The notes beneath the pieces are model-generated. The model worked only from the letters and a program-made list of their open reading frames with translations, searched no databases and was not told the DNA's origin. Shown piece by piece: positions 30,531 through 40,785 of a stretch of 64,000 nucleotides of DNA (positions are counted from its first letter, which is position 1; each line of letters starts with the position of its first letter). The position numbers and the translations under genes were made by a program. The stretch is from Endomicrobium sp. (GTDB lineage Bacteria > Elusimicrobiota > Endomicrobiia > Endomicrobiales > Endomicrobiaceae). The DNA lies in NCBI GenBank assembly GCA_031289585.1, contig JAITPF010000006.1, positions 7,281-71,280 on the forward strand, written 5' to 3'.

Positions 30531-31229
30531 TTACTTCCTTATTATTTTCAATTTTAAAACTTTAAATAAATATTTAATCAAAGTAAGAAAATGTAGTTTG
30601 GATTTTCCTGACAATCTTGCTAAAAATATTATTGGAGATTCTTTGATTTTAAAATTGTTTTTCTTTATTTGGTATAAAACTTCTGTTACTATAAAGGGGT
30701 CTCTTGCAGTTAAAACGAATACAAATTTTTCCAATGCTTGTCTTGTAAACATTCTGTAACCCGATGTCGGGTCTTTTACTTTAATACCTAGAATAAAAGA
30801 CAAATAACGCCTTGAGAAATTACTTACAGCTTGTCGAAGTAAAGATCTTTCTTCGTCTTTACCACCGTTAATATAACGTGAACCTATAACGATGTCGTAG
30901 TTTTCTATTGCTTTTCTAAATGCTAGTATATATTGGGGTGAGTGTGAGCCGTCTCCATCCATTTCAACTATATACTTTGCTCCCATTTCAAGAGCTTTTA
31001 TGAAACCATCTTTTCCTGCATAACCGCGCCCTTTTTTTTCTTTTCTTAAAAGAAGATGCACTTTGTTATTTGTTTTTGCTAGTTTTTCAACTATCTTGTA
31101 TGTACCGTCTGGAGACATATCATCCACAACAAGTACATCAACATCTAATCCACAATTTAGAACATCATCAATTACATGCTTTATATTTGAAGCCTCATTG
31201 TAGGTAGGAATTATAACAACAGTTTCCAT
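30531..31229 (-). CDS. Polyprenol-phosphate sugar synthase (GT2, Dpm1/Ppm1-like)
   Basis: IIPTYNEA, VVDDMSPDGT, MDGDGSH, IGSRY, DPTSGYR, R..GKSK. Confidence 0.88.
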   Translation of the reverse strand: METVVIIPTYNEASNIKHVIDDVLNCGLDVDVLVVDDMSPDGTYKIVEKLAKTNNKVHLLLRKEKKGRGYAGKDGFIKALEMGAKYIVEMDGDGSHSPQYILAFRKAIENYDIVIGSRYINGGKDEERSLLRQAVSNFSRRYLSFILGIKVKDPTSGYRMFTRQALEKFVFVLTARDPFIVTEVLYQIKKNNFKIKESPIIFLARLSGKSKLHFLTLIKYLFKVLKLKIIRK

Positions 31230-31319
31230 AATAATCCTCTGATATTATTTTTTTGTCTGTTCTAATAATCATATTACCGAAGACAACGAGATTTAAAGTA
31301 TGAACAGGCTTCTACTTTG

Positions 31320-32462
31320 TTATAGATATTGCTCTATAGCTTCTAAAACATCTTTTACAGAAATTGCTTTCATGCAATTATTTATTATATGACATTCTTG
31401 CTTATAGCATACAACGCATTCTTTTTTTGATTGTATTTTTATGCCTCTTGAACATATTTCTATTTCATTTGCCGAAGTTGGTCCAAAAAGAGCTACTGTA
31501 TTTTTCTTTAAACCTGCCGCTGCATGTAGTGCCATAGTATCGCCACAGAGTAGAACATCGCATAAATTTATTTTTGCAAAAAAATCTGGAATAGAATTAT
31601 CTATTCCTGTTGAAATAACATTTGGAATATTTTCTTTTAAAATTGCGTTAATTTCGTTTTCATCGTATTTACCGCCAAGCAGCAAGATGGTGCATCCCTT
31701 TTTTGAAAAATATTTAGCTGTTTCAATGAAACTTGATAATACCCATTTTTTTAAGTTCCATCTTTTTCCTGCACCAGGGTTAATACCTATAATTTTATTA
31801 TTGTGGTTTATATTGTTATATTTTAAGAATTGTTCTGCTTTTATTGTTGATGTTTTTTGAAGTGGTACAATTATTTCATAATTATCTTTAGGTAATTCCG
31901 TTATTTTTGACATCCAGTACTGGTATGTAAAGGTATTTGCCTTTTTTAATTCATCATAAGCGCTCATTTTAAGCCATTCTTTAGCAAACTCATTAGATGT
32001 GATAATATTTCTATTGTTGCTTAATGTAAAACCTAAAACTTTAGAATTGTTTGAAAGTTTTGCGAGCAAAAGACTATCATAACCTAGATCTAAATTTATG
32101 ACAATGTCAAAGAAATTGTTTATAAGATAATTGCCAATAGTTTCATCATTAAGTATTATGTCATCAATTAAATTATTGTGTTCAAGAACAGATGCATTTT
32201 TTTCGTTCACTATCCATGCTATTTTACTGTCAGGGTATAATTCCTTTAAACCGTGAAGTAAGAAAGTAGTTCTTAAAACGTCACCCATAGCGCCAAGTTT
32301 TATAATAAGAATGCGTTTTTTGCGTTGTAAAGAAGATATTTTTTTATAGTATGTACAATCATCACAATGCATATTGTCATTTTTTTGATATATGCACGGG
32401 CGATCAAGAGGAAAATTTATACAATTTGAAAAAAGTGTAAATTTTTTATTTTTTTTACCCAT
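31320..32462 (-). CDS. GT9 heptosyltransferase-family protein with N-terminal Cys cluster
   Basis: IIKLGAMGDVLRTT, INPGAG, GDT.ALH.AA, LFGPTS, terminal C..C...C...C. Confidence 0.85.
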   Translation of the reverse strand: MGKKNKKFTLFSNCINFPLDRPCIYQKNDNMHCDDCTYYKKISSLQRKKRILIIKLGAMGDVLRTTFLLHGLKELYPDSKIAWIVNEKNASVLEHNNLIDDIILNDETIGNYLINNFFDIVINLDLGYDSLLLAKLSNNSKVLGFTLSNNRNIITSNEFAKEWLKMSAYDELKKANTFTYQYWMSKITELPKDNYEIIVPLQKTSTIKAEQFLKYNNINHNNKIIGINPGAGKRWNLKKWVLSSFIETAKYFSKKGCTILLLGGKYDENEINAILKENIPNVISTGIDNSIPDFFAKINLCDVLLCGDTMALHAAAGLKKNTVALFGPTSANEIEICSRGIKIQSKKECVVCYKQECHIINNCMKAISVKDVLEAIEQYL

Positions 32463-32531
32463 AACCCGATAAAATTAGCATATCTTGCTGCACATTGCAA
32501 TATCGTATACAAAATAGTACAATTCCTACCT
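32463..32531. promoter_or_regulatory. Bidirectional promoter sharing one palindromic -35
   Basis: TTGCAA at 32495-32500; + strand 17 nt then TACAAT; - strand 17 nt then (TGc)TAATTT. Confidence 0.5.
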
Positions 32532-33848
32532 ATGAAATGCACACTCTTTGCATTGTTTTTTTTGCTTGTAACAGCTAGTGTTTTTGCAAGTAAACCCGAA
32601 CAAGCTGAAACTATTGCTCAGTCTAAAAATTCTTTTGTTTTTGATTATAATTTAAATTTTAGAACTGCGACATATTTAAATATCGATTATGCTTCTGTCG
32701 AAAAAAGATCTGACGATATATTTTCACAATATTTGAATTTAAACATAATAGGCAAGTTTGACGACAAAATTGAAATGTCTGCGAAACTTGCGTCATACGG
32801 GTTTTCTGGAAAATATAATGCTGTTTTTCAAATGCCTTATATATCTAAAGACTACTCACTTTTTTTACAAACGGCTTTTTTGACATTTAAAAGTGAAAAA
32901 AATTTTATTTTACCTTGTACACTTTTTGCAGGTAAACAGGAATTTTCTTATGGTGATGGTTTTATAGTTGATGGAAACAATAACGGACTGTTAGGCTTAA
33001 GAGGCAAAGTAGAGCTATTTAAGTCTCTTAGCTTAGATATGTTTGTTGCAAAAGTTGATAATGTTGATTTTGATCTTTACGGTGGAAATCTTAAATTTAA
33101 TTATTCTACTGTTTTTGAATTAGGTATATATCAGGAACGCAATAATAGCGGCATGTTATATAAAAAAGGATTGGGATTGGAGAATGAAAATATAGGACAT
33201 GATAATAAAATGTTTTACGATTTACGTATAACAGGTGGGAATAATACGTATAGGTATAGAGCTGAAGTATCTCAACAAAAAGGGGAGCTTGAAAAAACAA
33301 TAGATAACGTTATTACGTATAATGCTTATGCATTTATTTTAGAAGGTTCGTGGAAAGGTGAATTACTGAGTAAAGATTCTAATGCTAAAATTTTATTTTC
33401 TTATGCTAATGCTCATAAGGAAAATTCTTTTAGTCCTACTTTTGCGAAACGATACGATGGTTTACAAAGAGTAGGTTATGGGACTTTGTTTGCTGCAAAT
33501 AATACAGATTCGTTTATTGTAGTCCCTAATGGATATTATGGGATAAACACTATAGGTGCTTTATTTGATATTTTACTGTTCGAGTTTTTACAGACAGGAT
33601 TATCTTTATTTATGTATTCTGCTTCTGATGCACCTACCGATGCCGGAGATGCAGGATTTGCAAGCATTTATAGTGCAAAAGCAAATTTGGGTGAAGAAGT
33701 TGATTGGTTTATGAAATATAAGTATAAGCATTATTTTGATATATTCTTTAATTTTGCTATATACATGCCACCTTCAACAGCAGGGAAGGTGTTTGCAAAC
33801 ACAGAACCATCATATTTATTTCAGATAGGTGTTAATTCAAAATTTTAA
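32532..33848 (+). CDS. Outer-membrane beta-barrel protein (alginate-export-like)
   Basis: Signal peptide, GKQEFSYGDGFIV, LGEEVD, aromatic-rich strands, terminal F. Confidence 0.65.
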   Translation: MKCTLFALFFLLVTASVFASKPEQAETIAQSKNSFVFDYNLNFRTATYLNIDYASVEKRSDDIFSQYLNLNIIGKFDDKIEMSAKLASYGFSGKYNAVFQMPYISKDYSLFLQTAFLTFKSEKNFILPCTLFAGKQEFSYGDGFIVDGNNNGLLGLRGKVELFKSLSLDMFVAKVDNVDFDLYGGNLKFNYSTVFELGIYQERNNSGMLYKKGLGLENENIGHDNKMFYDLRITGGNNTYRYRAEVSQQKGELEKTIDNVITYNAYAFILEGSWKGELLSKDSNAKILFSYANAHKENSFSPTFAKRYDGLQRVGYGTLFAANNTDSFIVVPNGYYGINTIGALFDILLFEFLQTGLSLFMYSASDAPTDAGDAGFASIYSAKANLGEEVDWFMKYKYKHYFDIFFNFAIYMPPSTAGKVFANTEPSYLFQIGVNSKF

Positions 33849-33849
33849 A

Positions 33850-35997
33850 ATGAAAAAAGTTTATTTAGCTTTTTTATGGCATCAACATCAGCCTATATAT
33901 AAAAATCCATTGACAGGAATTTATGAACTTCCTTGGGTAAGGTTGCATGCTGTAAAGGATTATTACGATATGGTCGCTATACTTGATAATTATCCCAAAA
34001 TCAAAGCAAATATAAATTTAGTCCCGTCGTTGCTTGTGCAACTTGAAGAATATGCATCAGGAAAAGCAAAAGATAAATTTTTAAATTTAACTTTAAAAGA
34101 TGCGCAAACTTTGACAGATGATGAAAAAGTATTTATTTTGATGAACTTTTTTATGGCAAATAGAGACAATATGATTTATCCTTATAGTCGTTATTTGCAA
34201 CTTTTAGAAAAACGTGGAAGACAAACTACCGAAGCTGAAATAAGAGAAAGTCTCGATTATTTTAAAGTTGAAGATTTTAGAGATTTACAAGTGTGGTTTA
34301 ATTTGACTTGGATGGACCCGTATTGGCAAAAAACTGACAAAATTATATGTTCTTTATATAACAAAGGCAGAGATTTTACTGAAGAAGAAAAAAGGAAGCT
34401 TATTGAAAAACAGCTTGAAATTTGCGGTATGGTGGTGCAAAAGCATAAAGAAGCACAAGATAGAGGACAAATTGAAATTTCTGTAACGCCTTTTTACCAT
34501 CCTATTCTTCCATTACTATGTGATACAAATTCAGCACGACAGGCAACGCCTTCTATTAATCTTCCTTTAAGGCGATTTTCTCATCCGGAAGACGCTGCGT
34601 GGCATATTACAAATGCTGTTTCTTATTACGAAAAACTTTTTGGCAGAAAGCCTTTTGGAATATGGCCTTCAGAAGGTTCTGTTTCAAATACTATGGTTGA
34701 ATTAATTTCTGATTCTGGAATAAAGTGGATTGCAACTGATGAAGCCATTTTGTTTAATAGTGCAAAAGGCATAAATGGTGACAGAAGAACTTTATTTAAA
34801 CCATTTAACTTAAATATAAATGAAAAAAAGTTGAACATAATTTTCAGAGATCATGGATTATCAGATTTAATTGGGTTTGTTTATTATAAATGGAATGTTG
34901 AAGATGCAGTAGCCGATTTTATAAATAAAATCAAAAATATTGGTGAATATGCAGAAAACACTTGTGAGTATCCATTAGTGTCTGTTATTTTAGATGGTGA
35001 TAATTGCTGGGAATACTATAAAAATGATGGGTGGGATTTTTTGACAAAACTTTATGAGAAATTGAGTTCTGATACAGTTATTGAAACTGTAAAAATAAGC
35101 GAATATCTTGAGAAATTTCCCCCAAATAGTACAATAACAGATTTAACTGCAGGTTCATGGATTAATGGAAATTTTGGTGTTTGGATAGGGCATAATGAAG
35201 ATAATGCTTCGTGGGATTATCTTGGAATGGCAAGAGATTTTCTGACGACTTTTCTTGAGAATAATCCCGAGCTTAAAAATTCTTCAAATGTACAAGAAGC
35301 GTGGAAGATGCTTTATATCGCTGAAGGTTCCGATTGGGATTGGTGGTATGGTGACGATCATTCATCAGATAACGATGCAACGTTTGATTTTATATATAGA
35401 CAACATTTAATAAAAGTATATGAGTGTTTGGGGCAACATCCGCCGGACGTACTTTATAAATCGATAAGAAGTGGGACTAGAGAATATAACATAATACAAC
35501 CGTCTGCATTTATATCTCCTAAAATTGATGGGAAAGTTACAAGCTTCTTTGAATGGAACAATTCTGGTTATTATGAAGTTGGACATTCTGGTGGATCAAT
35601 GCATCAGGTTTCCACATTATTAAAGTCATTTAATTATGGTATTGATATAAAAAATCTGTATTTGAAAATTAATTTAAGCGAAGTTTTTTCTCAAGAGTCT
35701 TTAGCAAATCTTACGTTTAATGTAAATTTCTCAAGTCCTGTAAATGCAAAGGTTTCTTTTGAATTTGACTCAAACAGCAAGATAGCAAAATTTTTTATAA
35801 TGTCAAATGGTCAGAGTAAAAATATAAATTTTGAAAATGCAGCGTTTGAAAAAATTATAGAATTATCAATACCTTTTGCAGAGTTAAATTTACCAGATAA
35901 ATATGAAAATATTGAATTTACCGTAAGTGTTGATAAGAACAACTTAGAAATTGAAAGATGTCCTTATCAGTTATCAATAGTAATACCTAAACCTTAA
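33850..35997 (+). CDS. Glycoside hydrolase family 57 (amylopullulanase-like)
   Basis: WHQHQP, PWVRLH, TPFYHPILPLL, WPSEG, LDGDNCWEYY, AEGSDW.WW. Confidence 0.9.
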   Translation: MKKVYLAFLWHQHQPIYKNPLTGIYELPWVRLHAVKDYYDMVAILDNYPKIKANINLVPSLLVQLEEYASGKAKDKFLNLTLKDAQTLTDDEKVFILMNFFMANRDNMIYPYSRYLQLLEKRGRQTTEAEIRESLDYFKVEDFRDLQVWFNLTWMDPYWQKTDKIICSLYNKGRDFTEEEKRKLIEKQLEICGMVVQKHKEAQDRGQIEISVTPFYHPILPLLCDTNSARQATPSINLPLRRFSHPEDAAWHITNAVSYYEKLFGRKPFGIWPSEGSVSNTMVELISDSGIKWIATDEAILFNSAKGINGDRRTLFKPFNLNINEKKLNIIFRDHGLSDLIGFVYYKWNVEDAVADFINKIKNIGEYAENTCEYPLVSVILDGDNCWEYYKNDGWDFLTKLYEKLSSDTVIETVKISEYLEKFPPNSTITDLTAGSWINGNFGVWIGHNEDNASWDYLGMARDFLTTFLENNPELKNSSNVQEAWKMLYIAEGSDWDWWYGDDHSSDNDATFDFIYRQHLIKVYECLGQHPPDVLYKSIRSGTREYNIIQPSAFISPKIDGKVTSFFEWNNSGYYEVGHSGGSMHQVSTLLKSFNYGIDIKNLYLKINLSEVFSQESLANLTFNVNFSSPVNAKVSFEFDSNSKIAKFFIMSNGQSKNINFENAAFEKIIELSIPFAELNLPDKYENIEFTVSVDKNNLEIERCPYQLSIVIPKP

Positions 35998-36102
35998 ATC
36001 TGATAAAGGTTTCAATTTTTTGAATCGGTCTCTTTGAAGATATTATATGTGTATTCATACTAGCTTAATAGCCTCTAGATATTTTTATATGGAGATATGT
36101 AA

Positions 36103-36390
36103 ATGCAATTAAAAGAATTTGTTGTCAATGAAAAAAAATATTGGGGTTTTGAAGGAGAGTTGTTTCCAGGCAGCAACATGGTTTTTATAAAAGGAAATAA
36201 TGGTTTTATAATGTGTGGATATTTAAATATTGAAACTGCAGAAAAAATGGGAAATATTGCAGCGATTGTTACTGGTGTGAAAACCGTTAACGATATGCTT
36301 GAAAAGAATATTGTAAACTCTACTACTAATGCCCAAAGGATAGGAATAAATCCTGGGATATCAGTTTTAGAAGCACTTGAGAAAATTTAA
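36103..36390 (+). CDS. YunC/DUF1805 family protein
   Basis: GFIMCGYLN, AAIVTGVKT..DML, GI.PG....EAL. Confidence 0.85.
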   Translation: MQLKEFVVNEKKYWGFEGELFPGSNMVFIKGNNGFIMCGYLNIETAEKMGNIAAIVTGVKTVNDMLEKNIVNSTTNAQRIGINPGISVLEALEKI

Positions 36391-36478
36391 AATATCTTTA
36401 AATAATAAAATTAAACCATACGAGAATGTTTTATTTCGAGAATAGCAAAGAACTTGAAAAGTAAATTAAAAGGGAAAA

Positions 36479-37585
36479 ATGGATAAAAAAGTAAAAACGC
36501 CATATTACTTAATTGACGAAGAAAAACTGCTTAAAAATCTAAAAAAAATTAAATATGTAAGGGAATGTTCAGGAGCTAAATCGGTTTTAGCTTTGAAGTG
36601 TTTTTCTACGTGGTCTGTATTTGGCTTGATAAGTAAATATATGGATGGTACTACAAGTAGTTCTTTTTATGAAGCAAAGCTTGGTTATGAAAAATTTGGA
36701 AAAGAAACACATGCTTTCAGCGTTGCTTATTGTGAAGATGACATAAAGTCACTAAAAAATATATCTGATAAAATTATATTTAATTCTGTATCGCAGCTAA
36801 AAATGTTTTATAACAAAGTAAAACATATAAAACTTGGATTAAGAATAAATCCTGGCATAAGTTATTCACATTTTGATTTGGCTGATCCTGCAAGAAGATA
36901 CTCAAGACTTGGTGTTATTTCTGAAGAAAGAATAATGTCAGTTTTGGATAAAATAAGCGGTGTAATGTTTCATTATAATTGTGAAAATGATGATTTTAAA
37001 AGTTTTAGTGATATGCTAGACAAAATAGGTTTAAAATATGAAAAAGTGTTAAATAAAATAGAATGGGTTAGTCTAGGCGGAGGATTGTGTTTTACAAAAG
37101 ATAAGTATCCTTTAAATGAGTTTTGTAAAAAATTGAAAAATTTTAGTGAAAAATATAATGTTCAAGTTTATTTAGAACCTGGCGAAGCTGTAATTACAAA
37201 AAGTTGCGAGCTTGTTACAACAGTTTTGGATGTCGTAAAAAATGTAAAAGATATTGCAATAGTCGATGCTTCTATTGAAGCTCACATGCTTGATTTACTT
37301 GTATATAGAACTTCTGCAAAAATTGATGCTAAAAAAGGGAATAATGAATATATTATTGCTGGCAGGTCTTGTCTTGCGGGAGATATTTTTGGCGAGTATA
37401 AACTTGCAAATAAACTTAAAGTTGGTTCTACAGTGCGTTTTGCTGACGCTGCGGGATATACAATGGTTAAAAAAAATTGGTTTAATGGAGTTAAAATGCC
37501 TTCTATTGTTGTTAAAAGACTTGATGGGAAAGTGGAAATTATAAAGAAGTTTTTATATAATGATTTTTTGGGAAATTTATCGTAG
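36479..37585 (+). CDS. nspC: Carboxynorspermidine decarboxylase
   Basis: TPYYLID, LALKCFS, SRLG, FHYNCE, YLEPGEA, SCLAGD, YTMVKKNWFNG. Confidence 0.92.
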   Translation: MDKKVKTPYYLIDEEKLLKNLKKIKYVRECSGAKSVLALKCFSTWSVFGLISKYMDGTTSSSFYEAKLGYEKFGKETHAFSVAYCEDDIKSLKNISDKIIFNSVSQLKMFYNKVKHIKLGLRINPGISYSHFDLADPARRYSRLGVISEERIMSVLDKISGVMFHYNCENDDFKSFSDMLDKIGLKYEKVLNKIEWVSLGGGLCFTKDKYPLNEFCKKLKNFSEKYNVQVYLEPGEAVITKSCELVTTVLDVVKNVKDIAIVDASIEAHMLDLLVYRTSAKIDAKKGNNEYIIAGRSCLAGDIFGEYKLANKLKVGSTVRFADAAGYTMVKKNWFNGVKMPSIVVKRLDGKVEIIKKFLYNDFLGNLS

Positions 37586-37589
37586 ATGA

Positions 37590-37785
37590 ATCTTACTTGC
37601 GAGTCTACCGAAGTAGAGGAGGCAATCTCTTTTCTTAACGATGCAGATTGCTTCACATTTCAGCATCTTTGTTGTCTTTGGTGGTATGCAATGATAGCCC
37701 TTTTTACTAAATTGATGACGATAAAAAACATGGATTCATGCTGGAGTTTGCTCTCGAATGTCTTAGTTGAGTGCGGGAGTTGGTA
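37590..37785. repeat. Degenerate REP-like family A element
   Basis: TTGCGAG-TCTACCGAAGTAGA-GGCAATCT...AGATTGCTTC...GCAATGATAGC and GGATTC...GCGGGAG. Confidence 0.6.
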
Positions 37786-37856
37786 CTATTTAAGGTAACT
37801 CCGTAGTAAAATTGCTAGGAATTCAAGATATAAGGGGGGGGGGGGATTTATAGGAA

Positions 37857-39104
37857 ATGGAAAAAAGGAACGTACTTCTTGTGGGAGCGGGTGGTGTAGC
37901 TCATGTTGCCGCTCATAAGTTTGCGCAAAACAATGATTTGTTTGGAGATATCTATTTAGCTTCACGTTCGCTTGAAGGTTGCAAGCAAATATTGAAAAGT
38001 ATAGAACGTAAGAAAAATTATAAAGATGCCTTAAAAAAAATACAAATCAGACAAATAGATGCTTTAAGCGTTCCTGAAATGATAAAGTTAATGAAAGCCC
38101 TTAAAATTTCTATCACTGTAAATTTAGCATCAGCATTCTGTAATATGTCAATATTGGAAGCCTGTATAGAAAGTGGTTGCTCATATATAGACACTGCAAT
38201 ACACGAAGAACCTCATAAAGTGTGTGAAAATCCACCTTGGTATGCAAACTATGAATGGAAACGCAAAGATCATTGTCAAGATAAATATATAACTGCAATT
38301 TTAGGTGCAGGGTTTGATCCTGGTGTTGTAAATGCTTATGTGGCGTATGCAAAGAAACATTTTTTTGACACTATAGATACAATAGATATTATGGATGTCA
38401 ATGCAGGAAGTCACGGTAAATATTTTGCAACAAATTTTGATCCTGAGATAAATTTTAGGGAGTTTGTGAAAGTCTGGACGTGGATAGATAAACAGTGGGT
38501 GTGCAAGCCTGTTCATTCTGAAAAGAAAGTATATGATTTTCCTGTAGTAGGTAAGCAAACCATATATTTAACCGGACATGATGAAATTCATTCTCTTTCA
38601 AAAAATATTGATGCGAATTCAATAAGATTTTGGATGGGCTTCAGTGATCATTACATAAATTGTTTCAACGTTCTTAAAAATATAGGACTTTTATCAGAAA
38701 AGCCTGTGAAAACGGCAGAAGGTCTTGAAGTAGTGCCATTGAAGGTAGTCAAGGCTTGTCTTCCTGATCCCAAAACCCTTGCGCCTAATTATACTGGTAA
38801 TACTTGTATAGGAGATTTGATAGTAGGTACAAAAGATGGACGTAGAAAAGAACTTTTTATATACAATGTGTGCGATCATAAAACTTGTTATGAAGAGGTT
38901 GAATCTCAAGCTATCAGCTATACTGCAGGTGTTCCAGCTGTTGCAGCTGCTATTTTAATAGCTAAAGGGAATTGGGATGTAAAAAAGATGGTAAATATTG
39001 AAGAACTCAATCCTGATCCTTATCTTGATTTATTAAAAGATATAGGGTTACCAACCGAAACAATAAAAGTAAGCTATTCTAAAAAAACTTCAAAAAATAA
39101 ATAA
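37857..39104 (+). CDS. Carboxynorspermidine dehydrogenase (saccharopine dehydrogenase family)
   Basis: GAGGVA, YIDTA, GAGFDPG, ATNFDPEIN, SYTAGVP; adjacent to nspC. Confidence 0.9.
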   Translation: MEKRNVLLVGAGGVAHVAAHKFAQNNDLFGDIYLASRSLEGCKQILKSIERKKNYKDALKKIQIRQIDALSVPEMIKLMKALKISITVNLASAFCNMSILEACIESGCSYIDTAIHEEPHKVCENPPWYANYEWKRKDHCQDKYITAILGAGFDPGVVNAYVAYAKKHFFDTIDTIDIMDVNAGSHGKYFATNFDPEINFREFVKVWTWIDKQWVCKPVHSEKKVYDFPVVGKQTIYLTGHDEIHSLSKNIDANSIRFWMGFSDHYINCFNVLKNIGLLSEKPVKTAEGLEVVPLKVVKACLPDPKTLAPNYTGNTCIGDLIVGTKDGRRKELFIYNVCDHKTCYEEVESQAISYTAGVPAVAAAILIAKGNWDVKKMVNIEELNPDPYLDLLKDIGLPTETIKVSYSKKTSKNK

Positions 39105-39232
39105 AAACAATAATATTGTTTAAAATTCACTCAACCCTTCGAAAAGTTACGGACGTAAGTTCACAGCAGTTGATTTTTACAAACTCAATTATCGGATTTT
39201 ATTAACATTTTTTAAATAATAATAGAAAAATA

Positions 39233-39241
39233 TGCTATAAT
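39233..39241 (+). promoter_or_regulatory. Extended -10 promoter of yggS operon
   Basis: TGCTATAAT ending 22 nt before the ATG. Confidence 0.55.
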
Positions 39242-39263
39242 ACAACGGATTAATATTAAAATA

Positions 39264-39959
39264 ATGAAAAATATCTGCAAAAATATAGAATTCATAAAAA
39301 ATACTATAAATTCAATCAAACGTACTTCTAGCATTGTTGAACTTATAGCTGTAACAAAAACTTTTTCTTGTCAAGAAATTTTAGAAGCTTTAAACTGTGG
39401 AATAAAGCATGTTGGAGAAAGTAAAATACAGGAATCGTTGCCTAAATTTGAGCAGCTAGGTACATCTCTTAAAGGAATTACAAAGCATTTCATCGGCTAT
39501 CTGCAGTCAAATAAAGTAAAAAAAGCTGTTGAAAATTTTGATTTAATACATTCTTTAGACAGCATAAATCTTGCTCATAATATAAGTCGTTATGCAAAGA
39601 GGTCCGGTAAGTTACAGAATTGTCTTATTGAAGTAAAAGTTTCATGCGAAGTTACAAAAACTGGCATCAAGCATGACAATGTAAAAGATTTTTATAAACA
39701 ATGTCTGTTGATTCCCAATATTTTAATAAAAGGGTTGATGATTATAGCCCCTTATAGTGATAATTCAGAAGATTCAAGACCTTATTTTAAACAAGCGTAT
39801 AATTTATTTGAATATATAAAAAAGTCTTTTAATAATCCCGAATTTAATATTTTATCTATGGGAATGTCAGGTGATTATAAGATTGCTGTTGAAGAGGGAG
39901 CAACCATATTAAGAATAGGTTCGGCAATATTTGGAGAGAGAGTCTATGGAAATAAGTAA
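39264..39959 (+). CDS. yggS: PLP homeostasis protein YggS
   Basis: IAVTK, GESKIQE, HFIG.LQSNK, LSMGMSGDY..A.EEGAT..RIGS. Confidence 0.93.
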   Translation: MKNICKNIEFIKNTINSIKRTSSIVELIAVTKTFSCQEILEALNCGIKHVGESKIQESLPKFEQLGTSLKGITKHFIGYLQSNKVKKAVENFDLIHSLDSINLAHNISRYAKRSGKLQNCLIEVKVSCEVTKTGIKHDNVKDFYKQCLLIPNILIKGLMIIAPYSDNSEDSRPYFKQAYNLFEYIKKSFNNPEFNILSMGMSGDYKIAVEEGATILRIGSAIFGERVYGNK

Positions 39960-40758
39960 AAAGCTTTTTTTTATTGGTTCTGGAAATATGGCGCAGTCTA
40001 TTATAAGTGGCATTTTAGAAGCAAAACTTATTAAGGCTGAAAATATTGTATGCAATGATATAGTTAAAGAGAAAGTGTTGAATCTTCAACAAAAGTTTGG
40101 AGTATCAATTGCCGAAAATAAAGGCGAAGCTATAATAGGAGCTGATATAATTTTTCTTTCTGTTAAACCCCAGAATATGCTAGAAGTGTTTGATGAGATA
40201 AGAAATTTTGTAAAAAGAAAAGCGATTATTATTTCAATAGCTGTAGGAATAACAACTAAATTTATTGAGGATAATATTCAAAAGAATGTTGCAGTTATTA
40301 GAGCAATGCCTAATACACCGGCGCTTGTGCTTTCTGGTGCTACGGCTTTGTGCAAAGGAAAATTTGTTTCTGACGAGCAACTTCAAAGAGCAAAATATTT
40401 GTTTTCAGCTATAGGTAAAACTGAAATTCTTGATGAAAAAAAGTTTGATATTATTACAGCATTGTCTGGTTCTGGTCCTGCATATATATTTTACTTTTGT
40501 GAACTTATGCAGAGTGCTGCTGAAAAACTTGGTCTTGATAAAGATATTGCAAAAAAGTTTACAGTTCAAACGATTTATGGATCAGGCAAAATGCTTGATA
40601 TTACAAAAGAGTCTGCTAAAGTGTTAAAAGAAAAAGTGAAATCTCCAAATGGTACGACTGAAGTAGCATTAAAATATTTTGAATCTCAAAATCTTGCAGA
40701 TACAGTGTATAAAGCTATGGAACAAGCTATGGAGAGATCTAAAGAGTTAAGTAAATAA
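39946..40758 (+). CDS. proC: Pyrroline-5-carboxylate reductase
   Basis: FIGSGNMA, VKPQ, RAMPNTP, SGSGPAY, SPNGTT. Confidence 0.95.
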   Translation: MEISKKLFFIGSGNMAQSIISGILEAKLIKAENIVCNDIVKEKVLNLQQKFGVSIAENKGEAIIGADIIFLSVKPQNMLEVFDEIRNFVKRKAIIISIAVGITTKFIEDNIQKNVAVIRAMPNTPALVLSGATALCKGKFVSDEQLQRAKYLFSAIGKTEILDEKKFDIITALSGSGPAYIFYFCELMQSAAEKLGLDKDIAKKFTVQTIYGSGKMLDITKESAKVLKEKVKSPNGTTEVALKYFESQNLADTVYKAMEQAMERSKELSK

Positions 40759-40785
40759 AATTTATCCGTAAAGGAGGGATTTATA

